Source: Lama glama
Lineage: Eukaryota
Assembly: GCA_028534125.1 (NCBI GenBank)
Contig: CM052817.1
Coordinates: forward strand, 61,506,001 to 61,570,000
DNA length: 64,000 nucleotides
Direction of reading: 5' to 3'
In this document: in pieces, positions 51,505 to 64,000 of the stretch
Position numbering within the stretch: position 1 is the first letter of the stretch
How the letters are laid out: each line of letters begins with the position of its first letter
Notes under the pieces: generated by a model
Seen by the model: the letters and a program-made list of their open reading frames with translations, nothing else
Told to the model about the DNA's origin: nothing
Databases searched by the model: none
Translations under genes and position numbers: made by a program

Positions 51505-51965
51505 AAAACAGTAATTGGAGTAGTATGGACACAAGGACAGAAAAAGAGGGTCCAGATTCAAATCCATGAACACATGAAAACTGGGTCATTATCAGGTGGC
51601 TTTGCAGATCAGCCAGAGGAGGGGGTCATCTTTTCAGTACATGATGCTGCTCCTCTTGCTTAGCCATATTTAGGGACAATGGATTTATACTCTATGTGCA
51701 AAAATGTATTCCAAGTGTTTAAAGATGGAAATATGAAAAACAAACCTTCAAATGTGCTAGAATAAAATAGACAAAATTTTTATTACTTGGAGGTATCATG
51801 AGAGGTTTTAAAATATCACACACATACACAAAGGAAAATATTGATAAATTCTTTTTCCTTAAAATACAAAACCTAGGTTTGTCAAAGACCATTTTTAAAA
51901 AGTGAAAAGATAAGCCACAGTCTTGGAGAAGATATTTGCAAAGCATGAATCAACAAATCAATTAG
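51505..51965 (+). mobile_element. Ancient L1 (L1ME-like) ORF2 fragment
   Basis: AAGTGAAAAGATAAGCCACAGTCTTGGAGAAGATATTTGCAA and upstream degenerate ORF2-like sequence. Confidence 0.55.
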
Positions 51966-53987
51966 GGGAAAACACTATTTTATACATAGTAGGTATGTTA
52001 TAGAAAAGAAATATTCATATAATACTATAAAACTATAAATTTCAGGGCTGAATGTTTTTAAAGGAGGTTATAAATATTAAAGTTCTCTAAATTGACTTAT
52101 ATGTGAACTAAGTGAAAATTAAATTCTGTTGATAGGTTCCATTGCACATGAAACATGAATATTACTGAATTGTGGTTACGAAAAGCATTTTATTATGAGA
52201 TTTAATTCAAGTTTACTACATAGAAAAAAATGACAAATTTAATACTTGCTACTAACCACCTACTCGTTTTATTGATGTAAGTTCAGATTATTCCTGTTGA
52301 CACGGGGCTTCCTCGTCCTTTCCTTCTCATTAATTTTTAAATACAAGGTTGAACAAAACTGAAGATTTGCAGTACCACAATTTTATCTTCGATAATCGTA
52401 ACAACTATTTTTAATCACTTCTGTGTGTTTAGCATCGTGCTGAGAACTTTGTATGGATTGTCTTATTTCCTACAAACCTATGAGATAGGTACTATTTTTA
52501 ACAACTTGTTTTACAGATTTAAAAAATTAAAACCTGGCAACTATGTAATTTGCTTGCAATTAAACATCTAGTGAGTTTTATTTTTTAACTGACTTTGGTC
52601 TAGAAAGTATAAAAAAACTCGCATTTATGGCACTTCTTGGTGACATCTTTAAGTGAACGAACTAAGCAACAGCTGAGTAACACTGCTTTCTCAAAACAAT
52701 TGTTTGCTCAATTTGATGTGTTCTTTGCATAACTGTGGATAGGACAGACCTTTAAATCACACTGGAACGTGTGACCTAAAAAAAATTTAAGTTATAAAAG
52801 TAGTAGTTTTTAATTTCAAACAGCTAATAACTAATGGATGGACTCTAAGGAAAGTTAGTGTTTCAGGTAACTTCTCCGAAAGAGAAGAAACTGGGACGAA
52901 AGATAATGGCTTATCCTGCCCTTCCTTGACTTCTTCAGGTGAGCGATCAGATTGAGCTCTTTTAACCCTGGGCATTTCAGAAAGGAAGAGAGGCCCACTT
53001 AATGTGAGGTACTAGATAAAGGAGAATGAAGGAAGTGCTGTGTGTCTTCCGTCCTCCATGTAGTCTCCCCTGCACTGAGGCTCGGCTCGTACACCCCAAA
53101 TTGTGGCACCTGTTCTTAAATTGAGATTAGTTCATGCTGGTTGGAAAACAACTGCCCGGAGGCTCCCCTCCCCATCAACACAGTGCCTTCTGCTACTCAG
53201 TTGCCTGACCCTGACCCCATGGACCCCTGAATCTCCCCACTATCCAGCAACCTAAGGATTAAGGACAGGCAAAGGGAGGGTATACTGCATCCTTGATTCT
53301 GAGCTACCATCAGCATCCATTCTGGTCAGTTGGTACCCATGAATTGTTAAATACGTCAGTTAGCACTTCTGCCCTTCCCGTTCTTGATCTTGAATCCTAT
53401 ATTTGGTGATTGGCTCAAAGGACCAAACCATGTGTTTTGACTAGGAATTAATCACTATCTGAATAAAGAAATGTTCACAGCTCTCATATATTGCTTCTGC
53501 AGTGCCACCAAGATTTCCTTCCTCACTAGGGTTCCTGTTTCCCACCGGCCCATCTCCATTCAGTACCTCATTTCAGAAGTGGGGCTCTCCCTTCATTGCC
53601 TTATTTCTTCCTATGACCCACTCAGAAGTGGGATCTTTAATATTAGCTCAACTGGTTTATCTCACACAGACATGATTTGCTGACGTAACAAGGGTACATC
53701 TTTATGTTATACAAGACTCACACAGTGCTGTTTTCACTACTCCTTGTAAGGGGAGAGGATCATAGACCATGTTACTTGGGAAATTCCTTAGTCTCCTGTC
53801 CTCATCTGTCATGGTGTAATCATTTTTACAGTAAGACATCTCCATGGTAAAACAAATGAATCATCTCTAACAAAAGAAAAATTATTCTAAAATGAGAGGA
53901 GCCACCTCTTGTAGGTGAAACTACATGTTGAAGGCTCCAATGGGCTCTAATCGTCTCTAATCTCACAAGTGAAAAATGCTCACGTAA

Positions 53988-54384
53988 TGTGATACCTAAT
54001 TTGTGTCATTTTGGCTAGGCTGTGATGCCCTGTTTGGTCAAATAACAGTCTAGATGTTGCTGTGAAGGTATTTTTTTTTAGATATGATTAATGTTTAAAT
54101 GAGTAGACTTTGAGTAAACCACCTTCATGATGTGGATGGACCTCATCTAATTAGTTGAAGGCCTTATGAGAAAAGACTGAGGTCCCCCTACAGAGGAAAG
54201 AATTATGCCTTTAGCCTGCCTTCTGACTCAAGACTGTAATATCGACTCCTGCCTACTGGTCTGCCCTGCAGATCTGAGTCTTGACAGCCCCCACAATCAT
54301 GTAAGTCAATTCCTAATAACAAATCTCTGTCTCCAATATGTCCTATTGGTTCTGTTTCTCTGGAGAACACTGACTGATAATACA
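53988..54384 (+). mobile_element. MLT2-like (ERVL) solo LTR
   Basis: TGTGATACCTAATTTGTGTCA...TCTAGATGTTGCTGTGAAGGTATTTT...CCTATTGGTTCTGTTTCTCTGGAGAACACTGACTGATAATACA. Confidence 0.8.
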
Positions 54385-54894
54385 TTTATGCATAGAGAAA
54401 TTTTTTATTAGAAAAAGATGATTGCTTTAAAAATTAGATTAAGAGATTTTGAAGTATAAAGTGTGATGAACATAATTTTGAGAATATCAATAAATAGACT
54501 TTAATTGTTTATGATGTAGGATGACTTTCCCTGTCATAAAGGGCCAGGGCTAAATCTATTTAGCAGCACAAAAAAGCATAAGCTTTGAGGACAGCCTACC
54601 ACCACTGGACTCCAAGAACTCTTTGCAATCAGCAAGAAAACTTGCTGTATATGTTCCTGGTAGCAACTCTGTAGACCCATTCTTTTCTTCTGCACTGGCT
54701 CCCAGATACAAATCACCTAAAGATACTGGAGCCTTTCCAGACACTTAGTTTTCAGTCCCAGAAAGTCTGAGGGGCACTTGTAAAGCATTCTGCTTGAGCT
54801 CCAAGAATCAAGCTTCACTCTTGCACTGATGGGTCTAGGATTAATATATGCAGGCCAACCACTACACTGCAATGTGTTTCCCATCACTTACCTT

Positions 54895-57800
54895 CTCATG
54901 CTTATATTGTGTTTGGTCAATATTCAATACAGCCCAGTCTATGAACATAGTATGCCCCTCCATTTATTTAGAAACCTTTTAAAAGTTTCTCAGTAAAATC
55001 TTTGATTTATAAAGTCCCTGTATATCTTGTGTTACATGTATACCTAGGACCTAAAATATTTATCATTATCATTTATATGATTTTAAGATTACATTTTCTT
55101 GCTAGTGAAAAATGATAAGATGACTTAGAGTGTTCTTCTGTTCTTGGTTTGTGGAAGATAGGATGATTTTCTTTGTTAAATGTTTGGTAGATGTTCCTGG
55201 TGAAGCCATCTGGGACTAGATGTTTTCTTTTTTCTCAAAGTCAATTTCTGATAATTTGATTTCTTAGCATTATAGGTTGTTTCAGGTAATCTTGAGTAAA
55301 TGTTGGTAGGTTACATTATTCCATAAATGCATTCATTTCATTTATATTTATAGATTATTGGCATAAAGTTGTTTTTAATACCCTTCAGTTTCTTTGTTTG
55401 CAGCATATGTGACACTATTCCATTTTTTCTCACAATCTAAGTTGTGTCATGTTTCACTTTTGATCACAATCTCACTTGAGGTCTATGACTGGTTAAAGAA
55501 CAAACTTGTTTGTCTTTATTGAATCTCTATTATATACTTGTTGCTATTTAATGGATTTCTGCTCTTGTTTTCATTTTTTCTGTGGCCTTTTGGGGATTTT
55601 TTAGCTACTCTTCCTAACTTCTTGAGATACACATTTACCTCATTAATTTTTTACAATGTATGTATTTGAAGCCCACTATTTCCTTGTTTTATCTGTGTAT
55701 ATCCACAAAATTTAAAAGTTAATGTTGTAATGATTGTTTCATTGAACATACTTTCTCATTTTTTTTCCCTGTAAGTGCATTTAAAAAAATTGAAGTAGTT
55801 AGTTACAATGTGTCAATTTCTGGTGTACAGCACAATGTCCCAGTCGTGCATACATATGCATATATTCATTTTCATATTTTTCATTAAAGGTTTTTACAAG
55901 ATATGGAATATAGTTCCCTGTGCTACACAGAAATTTGTTTATCTTTATATATAGTGGTTAACGTTTGCAATCTTAAACTCCCAAATTTATCCTTTTCTGC
56001 CTTCTTTTCCCAGGTGACCATAAGCTTGTTTACTATGTCTGCAAATGTGTTTCTGTTTTGTAGATGAGTTCGTTAGTGTCCTCTTTTTCCTTTTTTTTTT
56101 TTTTTTTAGATTCCATATATGAATGGATATCATTTGGTATTTTTCTTTCTCTTTCTGGCTTACTTCACTTAGAATGACATGACTGGATAAAGAACGTGTG
56201 ATATATTTATACAGTGGAATACTACTCAGTCATAAAAATAAAATATTGCCATTTGCAGCAACATGGATGGACCTGGAGATCACCATTATAACTGCATTTT
56301 TTAAAAAAATTAAGATTCTACGTATAAGTGAGGTCATACAGCTTTTATCTTTCATTATCTGACTTATTTCACCTAGCATAAGGCCCTCAAGGTCCATCTG
56401 TGTTGTCACAAATAGCAGAATTTCTTATTTTTTATGGGTGAATAATACTCCTGTGTGTACCATATTTTCTTTATCTATTCATCAATGGACACTTAGATTG
56501 TTTTCATCTCTTTGATAAGGTAAATATGCTGCAATAAACATGGAGGTATAGATATCTTTTATATCTTTTCAAGTTAGTGGGTTTTTTCTTTTTCAAATGA
56601 ATATCCAGAGTGGGATTGTTAGATCATATAGTAGTTCTAATTTCAATTTTTTAAAGAACCTTTATACTGTTTTCCATAGCAGCCATACCATTTTACATTT
56701 CCACCAACAGTGTACAAGGGTCTTGTTTTCTCCACATCGTCAACACTTATTAGGGCTTTCTTTTTGATAATAGCCATTATGACAAGTGTGAGGTGATATT
56801 TCATTGTGGCTTGATTTGTATTTCTCTGATAAGTGTTATGAACTTTTTAATATATCAGTTGGTGCTCTGTATATCTTACTTAGAAAAATATCTGTTCTCT
56901 TCCTCTGCCCATTTTTAAGTTGAATTGTTGGGCTTTTGCTATTGATTTGCATGAATTTAAATATTTTGGATGTTAACGCCTTATCAGATAAATGATTTTG
57001 CAAATATTTTCTCCCATTTGGTAGGTTGCCCTTTCATTTTGCTGGTTTTCTTTGCTGTGCAGAAGCTTTTTAGTTGGATGTAGTCCCACTTGTTTATTTT
57101 TGATTTTATTGCCTTTGCTTTTGGTGTCAATCTGAAACACATCACCAAGATTGAGGTCAAGGAACTTCTTATGTTTTCTTCTAGGAGTTTTAATGGTTTT
57201 AGGTCTTACATTTGAGTCTTTAATACATTTTGAGTTAGCACACACCATACACAAAAACTAACAATCCAGTTTTGTTCTTTTGCATATGGCTGTCCAGTTT
57301 TTCCAACATCATTTATTGAAGAAACTGTCCCTTCTCCATTGTATAGTCTTGGCTGCTTTGTGATAAATTGACCATGCATGTGAGTTTACTTCTGGGCTGT
57401 CTATTCTGTTCAATTGATCTGAGTGTTTTTATGCCAATACCGTATTGTTTTGATTACTACTGCTTTTAATAGTTTGAAGTTTGGAAGCCTGATGCTTCCA
57501 GCTTAATTTTTCCAAGATTGCCCTGGTTATTTGAGGTATGTTGTGGTCCCTTACAACTTATAGGATTTTTCTGATTCTTCGAAAAAATGTTATTGGAATT
57601 TTAATAGAGATTGCATTTATTATTTAGATTGCTTTGGGTGGTATGGACATTTTAATAATAATCCTTCAATCTGTGAGCATAAAATCCTTCCATTTATTTG
57701 TGTCATTAATTTCGTACATCAACATCTTATAGTTCTCAGTGTACCAGTCTTTTACCTCCTTGGTTAAATTTATTCGATAGGTATTTTACTCTCTTTTAAG

Positions 57801-58700
57801 CAATTGTGAATGGGACTGTTTCCTAATTTCTCCTTCTGCTAGTTTGTTATTATAGTATATAGAAGTGCAACTCTTTTTTTGTATATTGATTTTTGTATCC
57901 TACAACTCTACTGAATTCATTTTTAGTTCTAATGTTTTTTTAATGGAGTCTTTAGGGGTTTCTATATATATCATGTCGTCTACAAATAGAGACAAGTTTA
58001 CTTTGTCCTTTCTGATTTGAATACCTTTTGTTTTTCTTGCCTAATCGCTCTAGCTAGGTCTTCCAATACTATGTTGAATAACAGTGGTGAGAGTAGGCAT
58101 CGTTGTCTTGTTCTTGATCTTGAAGGAAAAGCTTTGTGTTTCACTGTTTGGTATGAATAGCTGTTGGCTTGCAAGTTACTTTCTAATTCAATTTGACACT
58201 TAAATCATTTAGAAGTAAATTTCTTATTTTCCAAACACTGTAGAATTCTAGTTATCTTTTTGCTATCTATTTCTAGTTTAACTTACATTTTGAGAACCTA
58301 CTCTATGACTTTAATTAATTGAAATTTGTCGAGGCTTGCTTTATTACCAAGATACGCTTAACATTTTTTAATGTGCTGTATTCTTGAAAATAGATATTCA
58401 GCAGTTCTTACAACATACACATATAAATATGGTCACCAGATCAAATTTGTTAATCAGGTTTTATAATCTTAACCTTACTACGTTTTTGGTCCATTTGTTC
58501 GATCAAATTACTCAAGGAGCTCTCATTTTGATTATATTTCTCCTTTCAATTCTGTCATTTTGATTTATGCATTTTGAGGCTGTATTATGTGGTGCATACA
58601 AATTTGTTATATTTTCCTGGTAAGTTACATATTTTGTCTTTATTAAATTTTCTTCTAGTAATGCTTTGCCCCCACATTAATGTGTAATATAGTTACACTG
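54895..58700 (-). mobile_element. Nested antisense L1 cluster: old L1M pieces (~54895-55760, ~58180-58700), an L1MA-like copy (~56310-58175) and a younger inverted L1 (55783-56287)
   Basis: T-rich antisense L1 ORF2/3'UTR motifs, for example GCTGTGCAGAAGCTTTTTAGTTGGATGTAGTCCCACTTGTTTATTTTTG and TTCCAATACTATGTTGAATAACAGTGGTGAGAG. Confidence 0.85.
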
Positions 58701-58833
58701 TCCTGGGGACATTGCTAATATAGAGCTATCCTAACTTCTCTGTACAACTCAGGTGGCGTGAACTTGGACTGCAAATCCAGGCAGTGGCTGGTTTACCTAT
58801 AGTTCAGCTTTATCCTGAAGGTGTGATTCGTTT

Positions 58834-58933
58834 NNNNNNNNNNNNNNNNNNNNNNNNNNNNNNNNNNNNNNNNNNNNNNNNNNNNNNNNNNNNNNNNNNN
58901 NNNNNNNNNNNNNNNNNNNNNNNNNNNNNNNNN
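58834..58933. other. Assembly gap (100 N)
   Basis: Run of exactly 100 N, the usual placeholder for a gap of unknown size. Confidence 0.99.
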
Positions 58934-61493
58934 CAATTGTGAATTTTATTTGGAAGTAATTAGAAGAATAGCAGACAAAAGCAATGAATATACTTAAATG
59001 CTAGTTTTCCAGTTGCAACTACAAAACAGTCTTTTAATAAAAACATTATTACAGCACTGGCATGTAGTGAGCTCAGGATTCAAATTAAGAGAGCCTGAGT
59101 CCAGAGCTTACATGAGACAGCTGGATACAAAGAAACATTAATAAAAGTAAGACCTCTCCCTCTTGATAGTAGAACCTGGCTATATTTCTCTGTATCATAT
59201 GCTCTTCTGAGGACACCTGTCAGAAAACTGAGATTCCAGTATCCTAACAATAAAGGTCTCCTTAATTGAGCTCTCTGAAATTCAACAAGTCTGATTTGAA
59301 ACAGTTCACAAATTTTATTAGAGAAATCTTTCATATTGTCAGTAAATATTTGAATAAAATTATATATTCTCTTTAACATTACACAAATATATCACATAAA
59401 TTAATGCCATTTTTGATTCACAAATTACATTCATATTCTATATTATCTCATTTTCTTTACCTCACTAAGAACACAATGTGTGTTCCCATTCCAACTTTGT
59501 TTAAAGAAAATAAACTGTGCATCATAGTCTTAGGCTTATATATTCTTAGGTTTCTGCTAAAGAACTTGAAGATTTTCCTAGTTCTTAATTTTATCCAGAA
59601 TTAAAACATCCTATTTTAACCCATGTCATCTTGCAACAGTTATTTTGCTTAGGGTACACAATAGTGCAGGTAAGTATAATATTTAAAATGTTAAATACAT
59701 TTATCTTCTCGTCCATGACTAAGCCATTTTTATTCAGTAAGTCTGTCCTTTAGAATTTTCTTCTTTTTTTTAATTGTGGGAACTTTAGTACTATTGGCTC
59801 TTGATCTAATGCTTGTAAGAGAATATTTAATGGTTGGTGGCAGTTTTATTGCCCCTTAAACATTTAATGGGTTTTCTGCATAATTTCTCAATGTGTTCTT
59901 ATTTGTTTACTTTTTTACATTTTTAGTATAAAATTGAAAACTTATGGTATTGAATTTTATGACTTTGGCACAATTCCTCCTGCACAGTTGTAGTATATAC
60001 TTCCACTATACTCTTATTTCTAGGGGCTAAAATATGAACTTAAGAGTGCAACATGGCCTTGATCCATAGTTTATATTTAGATCACTATTACAAATTAAAA
60101 CCTTTTTCTTTTTTAAACTAATAAGATTATTAAGTTCCTTCTCTTTTAGTTGTCATTTATTATAAACACACTGGCAGAATCTGGAACTAAACTTTATTAC
60201 AATTTTTTAAAGTTCAATGTAAGTTTTATCAGCTTTGTTTTACTTGCCTAAGTATGTTCTAATGGAAATGGCTTCCACCAGGGTGGAAGTCAGGAAATTC
60301 AGGTTCTAGTCATAACAGCGCCGTTCGTTAGGATGCTCTGTGATTCCGAGCCTCAGTTTGAACGAGGTCAGAGATTTCCAAGTTTCTTAAGGCTAACACT
60401 ATGTTTAAACAAAATCTCACAATATGAAAATCAGAACACAGCATCTGCAAAAGAGTAAAATAGATTCTTTTTATTGTTACTTTACAATTCTAGGATTTAC
60501 GGTTTACTAGATGAAGCAAATCCTGCCAGCAACTAAAGAGATTTTTCAATTGTTTGAAATGACTAGTTTGCTCCTCAGGGCTATTAAACTTATCATTTCT
60601 GTGCTTGTAAGTTAAGGAGGTAACTTCAACTTTCACAGATCATTTATAAAAACTTTCAGTCTGTCCCACTGTCATTTCTACTGATGTGTATATTAACAAC
60701 TTAGTAAAAATAATTTTAAAGAGGCAGTTTTCAAAAATCCACAATTTAAATGGAGAAAATACAGAATGATACTGCAGAGAGCTTTTAATTTGGTATTTAG
60801 ATTTATATAAAGTGAACAAATGTAAATATTTCTGTTCTTAAATTCCATACATGAGAAAGTTCATTGTCGTTTCTTCTGTCTTTTGGGAAATGCTCCAAAG
60901 GAAACTGCCTCTCATGGTTGATTTCAGACAGGCCATTCTATGAACAATTCAGAACCCACTGTTAAGGGACAGAATGACACTGTTTTACAGAAAAGCTGAG
61001 AATGAACATTCACTTTAGCTTTTGCTCCCACTCCCTGAAGTCTAGTTGTGACCAGCACCCATTCCTGTGATTGGCAGTTCTCTTTTGGTGGCCTGGCCCC
61101 AGCCTCCACTTGCCCTGGGGCAGAGTTTCCTTGGGAACAGCCCTCTCCATCCCCTGCAGTTCGCCAGGGAAACCTACCCAGGCTCTCACTCATAAACCTC
61201 TTTACTCCCCTCTTATTAATTTCATAGCAAACTTTGTAGATTTTCAGTCCTTATTCGTTTATACTGGTGGTTGCTGATCCTTGCTCTCCACTTTACTTTG
61301 AGTGAAGCTCCACAGGCACAAGCCTTGTTCCAGCCTCCCTTTCACCCAGGACTCACAATCACTTGATTGTCCTTGACTTGAGCTTGGCCAGAATAGCCCT
61401 ATTCCTGCCCTGGCTGCTCCATACTCAGTAAAGGAGTCCTCACTGAAGTCCAGTGTTCTTTCAAATCTGTACCCCTGTAATCATGACATGGCT

Positions 61494-62392
61494 TTTTTTA
61501 ATTGAAGTATAGTTGAGTTACAGTATTGATTTAGTTTCTGGTGTACAGCAAAGTGATTCTGTTATGTATATACATACACATATTCTTATTGTCCATTATG
61601 GTTTATTACAGGGTATTGAATATAGTTCCCTGTGCTATACAGTGGGATCTTGCTGTTTATCTATTTTATGTCTAGTAGTTTGTATCTGCTAGTCCCAAAG
61701 TCCTAATTTATACCCCCCAACTCCAACCTCCTTTCCCTTTTGGTAACCATAAGTTTTTCTACATCTGTTGTCTTTTTCTGTTTTGCAAGTAAGTTCATCT
61801 GTATCAAATTTTCGATTTCATATATAGGTGATATGATACGATATTTGTCTTTCTCTGTCTGACTTAACTTCACATAGTATAATCTCTAGTTCTGTCCGTG
61901 TTGCTGCAAATGGCATTATTTCATTATTTTCATGTCTGAGTAATGTTCTGTTACTCAGTAATGTTCCATAATTCAATTGTATAAATATACCACATCTTCA
62001 TCATCCAGTCATCTGTAGATGGACATTTAGGTTCCTTCCAGTCTTGGCTATTGTAAAGTGCTATGCATGTTGGAGTGCATTTACTTTTTTGAATTAGAGT
62101 TTTCTCCAGATACATGCCCAGGAATAGGACTGCTGCATCACATGGCAACTGTGTTTTTAGTTTTTGAAGAAAACTCTATACTGATATCCATAGTGACGAC
62201 ACCAATTTATGTTTCCAACAGTGTAGGAGGGTTCCTTTTTCTCTACACCCTCTCTAGCGTTTATCATTTGTGGACTTTTTAATGATGGCCATTCTGACCG
62301 GGGTGAGGTGATACCTCCTTGTAGTTTTGATTTGCATTTCTGTAATAATTAGTGCTGTTGAACATCTTTTCATATGCCTGTTGGCCATCTGT
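61494..62392 (-). mobile_element. 5'-truncated L1, antisense, same type as 36011-36892
   Basis: TTTTTTTAATTGAAGTATAGTTGAGTTACAG...AGTTCCCTGTGCTATACAGT...CATCTTTTCATATGCCTGTTGGCCATCTGTAT. Possible target-site duplication ATGACATGGCT (61483-61493) / ATAACATCGCT (62393-62403). Confidence 0.92.
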
Positions 62393-63707
62393 ATAACATC
62401 GCTACCTTACGTTGAATGAATTCCAGATGAAAAATGAGTTTATATTTTAAAGTCATTTTATAGATGTTTAGTTCTTTTAGTCCAAATAACAGATGTCCTC
62501 CCCCACAATTATTTTCTTCTTTTTCTTGCCCTGGGGCAGAGCTTCCCTGGGAAAAAAATCACCTAAAATCTTTTGAAAGCTTACTTTTCCAAGACCATTT
62601 GATGTAAGTCCTCTTTGGATGAACTTGACCAATACTCAGGGAACAGTTTTGGATCTTATTTTATATACTGAATTAAATAGTACTTAAATATTTTTATTCT
62701 TGGTGTATTAATGAATAATTTATATAGTTATAGGATTGAAAAAATCTTGGATTCATGTAAGTGGGCAAACATGTAAAAATACTGGAGTAACTATTTAATT
62801 CTTCCATTGTTTGACGAAACAACATTTATAAGCCATTTACCCTCTACAGGATTCCATAAGGGAATGAACAGGTCAAAATAATAAAGGCTCATACAAATAT
62901 GTATTTTTCCCTCCTTACATGGTTATTATATATGTTTATTTTTCTTTTTATAGTACGGACTTTATACTGTTTTCACTAAATTGTGAAAAGTGTTTTATGG
63001 TATAATTCCACATAAAGGCTTCAGTTCTTACACTGTAAAATAGAGTATTATACCTTAAATCCTAAACATTCTTGCTTGTGAGCTGAAAATTAAGAATCAG
63101 GATCCAGTCAAGCCCTTCCAATTGCTTTTGGAACAGGTGCTGGGGCAAAGCTGTGAAAACAGAAAGCTGAGCGCCAAGAATTCCCATGGCTTTCAAGAAT
63201 GGAACAGACAAAACCAAAGGGTGGTCCAACAGTCACTGCCAAGTGACATAGCTCACTCTAATCACTGTATATTTTGAGAGCAAATGCACTGGAATAACGA
63301 AACCTTTTTCTTTCATTTTTACATTTTGAAACATAGGAGCTAGGACAGTTGTGAGAATTTTCTATGTTGGAAAGAGAACTTACGAGCACGGATTGGTGGG
63401 GGGGGTGCTCTGAAGCTGCGATTGTTCATTAGGAAAGCAAGAGGAAGGCGCCGGGCCCCGCTGCTTGAAGTCCTTCCGGGACTCTGCTGACTGAGGGTCC
63501 TCCCCAGCTGGGCATACTTCGAGGAGAACTCAGGGAGGGTGTCTCGGTGTGCTCCTCACATCTGCCATCACACTGGGGGCTGTGGACCCGTTGTGGTGCT
63601 ACGCCCTCTGGGGACTGTCTTCCCCACTCCCTGCCATGCTACTGGAGCCCTCCGGGTCTCAAAGCTGCGGGGGCTCAGTGCTCAGGAGCCCCCCATTTTG
63701 TTATGCT

Positions 63708-63845
63708 CCTTTGACCAGTCAGTTAGCATCTCTGGGATTCACTTTCCTTGTTTGAACACAGGATAAATAATACAAGATAAATAACAACAGGCCCACCTAT
63801 TTCACAGGGTCCGATAAAAGAATGTATACAAATGCACTTTAAAAG
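63708..63845 (+). mobile_element. MIR SINE fragment
   Basis: TTGACCAGTCAGTTAGCATCTCTGGGATTCACTTTCCTTGTTTG...CCTATTTCACAGGG...ATGCACTTT. Confidence 0.5.
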
Positions 63846-64000
63846 CAGTAATCTGAGGTGTTCAGGGAGGTATTTTAATTTGCACTGTGAACTGCCAGTT
63901 GATATAGTAAGATGTGCTTGGAAGTTTGAGAGAGTGCTCATGAGTACAAGAAAGGTGCTAAGAAGAAAGAACTGTAAGAGTTAAGACCAAAATAAAATTA

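Noticed and set aside
1..64000. CRISPR arrays, operons or other prokaryotic systems
   Set aside because: The sequence is clearly mammalian (spliceosomal exons, L1/L2/MIR/MaLR); no repeat-spacer array was seen.

Overview
Mammalian genomic DNA, AT-rich and repeat-dense. It is probably camelid, judging by three tRNA-derived SINEs resembling Vic-1 and cetartiodactyl-type L1 3' ends. The + strand carries the last five coding exons of PDLIM5 (ENH): 8633-8807, 22123-22303, 25117-25237, 27157-27272 and 28691-28780. They encode the linker end and all three LIM domains and are followed by a roughly 3-4 kb 3'UTR with several poly(A) signals. The rest is intronic or intergenic sequence with L1, L2, MIR, MaLR/ERV LTRs and hAT DNA-transposon relics, plus a 100-N assembly gap. 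Only two ORF-track entries (22136..22342 and 27033..27299) contain real coding sequence, in-frame pieces of PDLIM5 exons. The most striking unexplained structure is a small CpG-rich, promoter-like element at about 39150-39370 (octamer, NRF1-like site, NF-Y box, GC box, initiator, splice donor) that appears to be built from a MER5A transposon. It is followed by candidate spliced exons, one holding a perfect-Kozak 18-codon ORF. Repeat family names come from recalled consensus sequences and need confirmation with Dfam/RepeatMasker.
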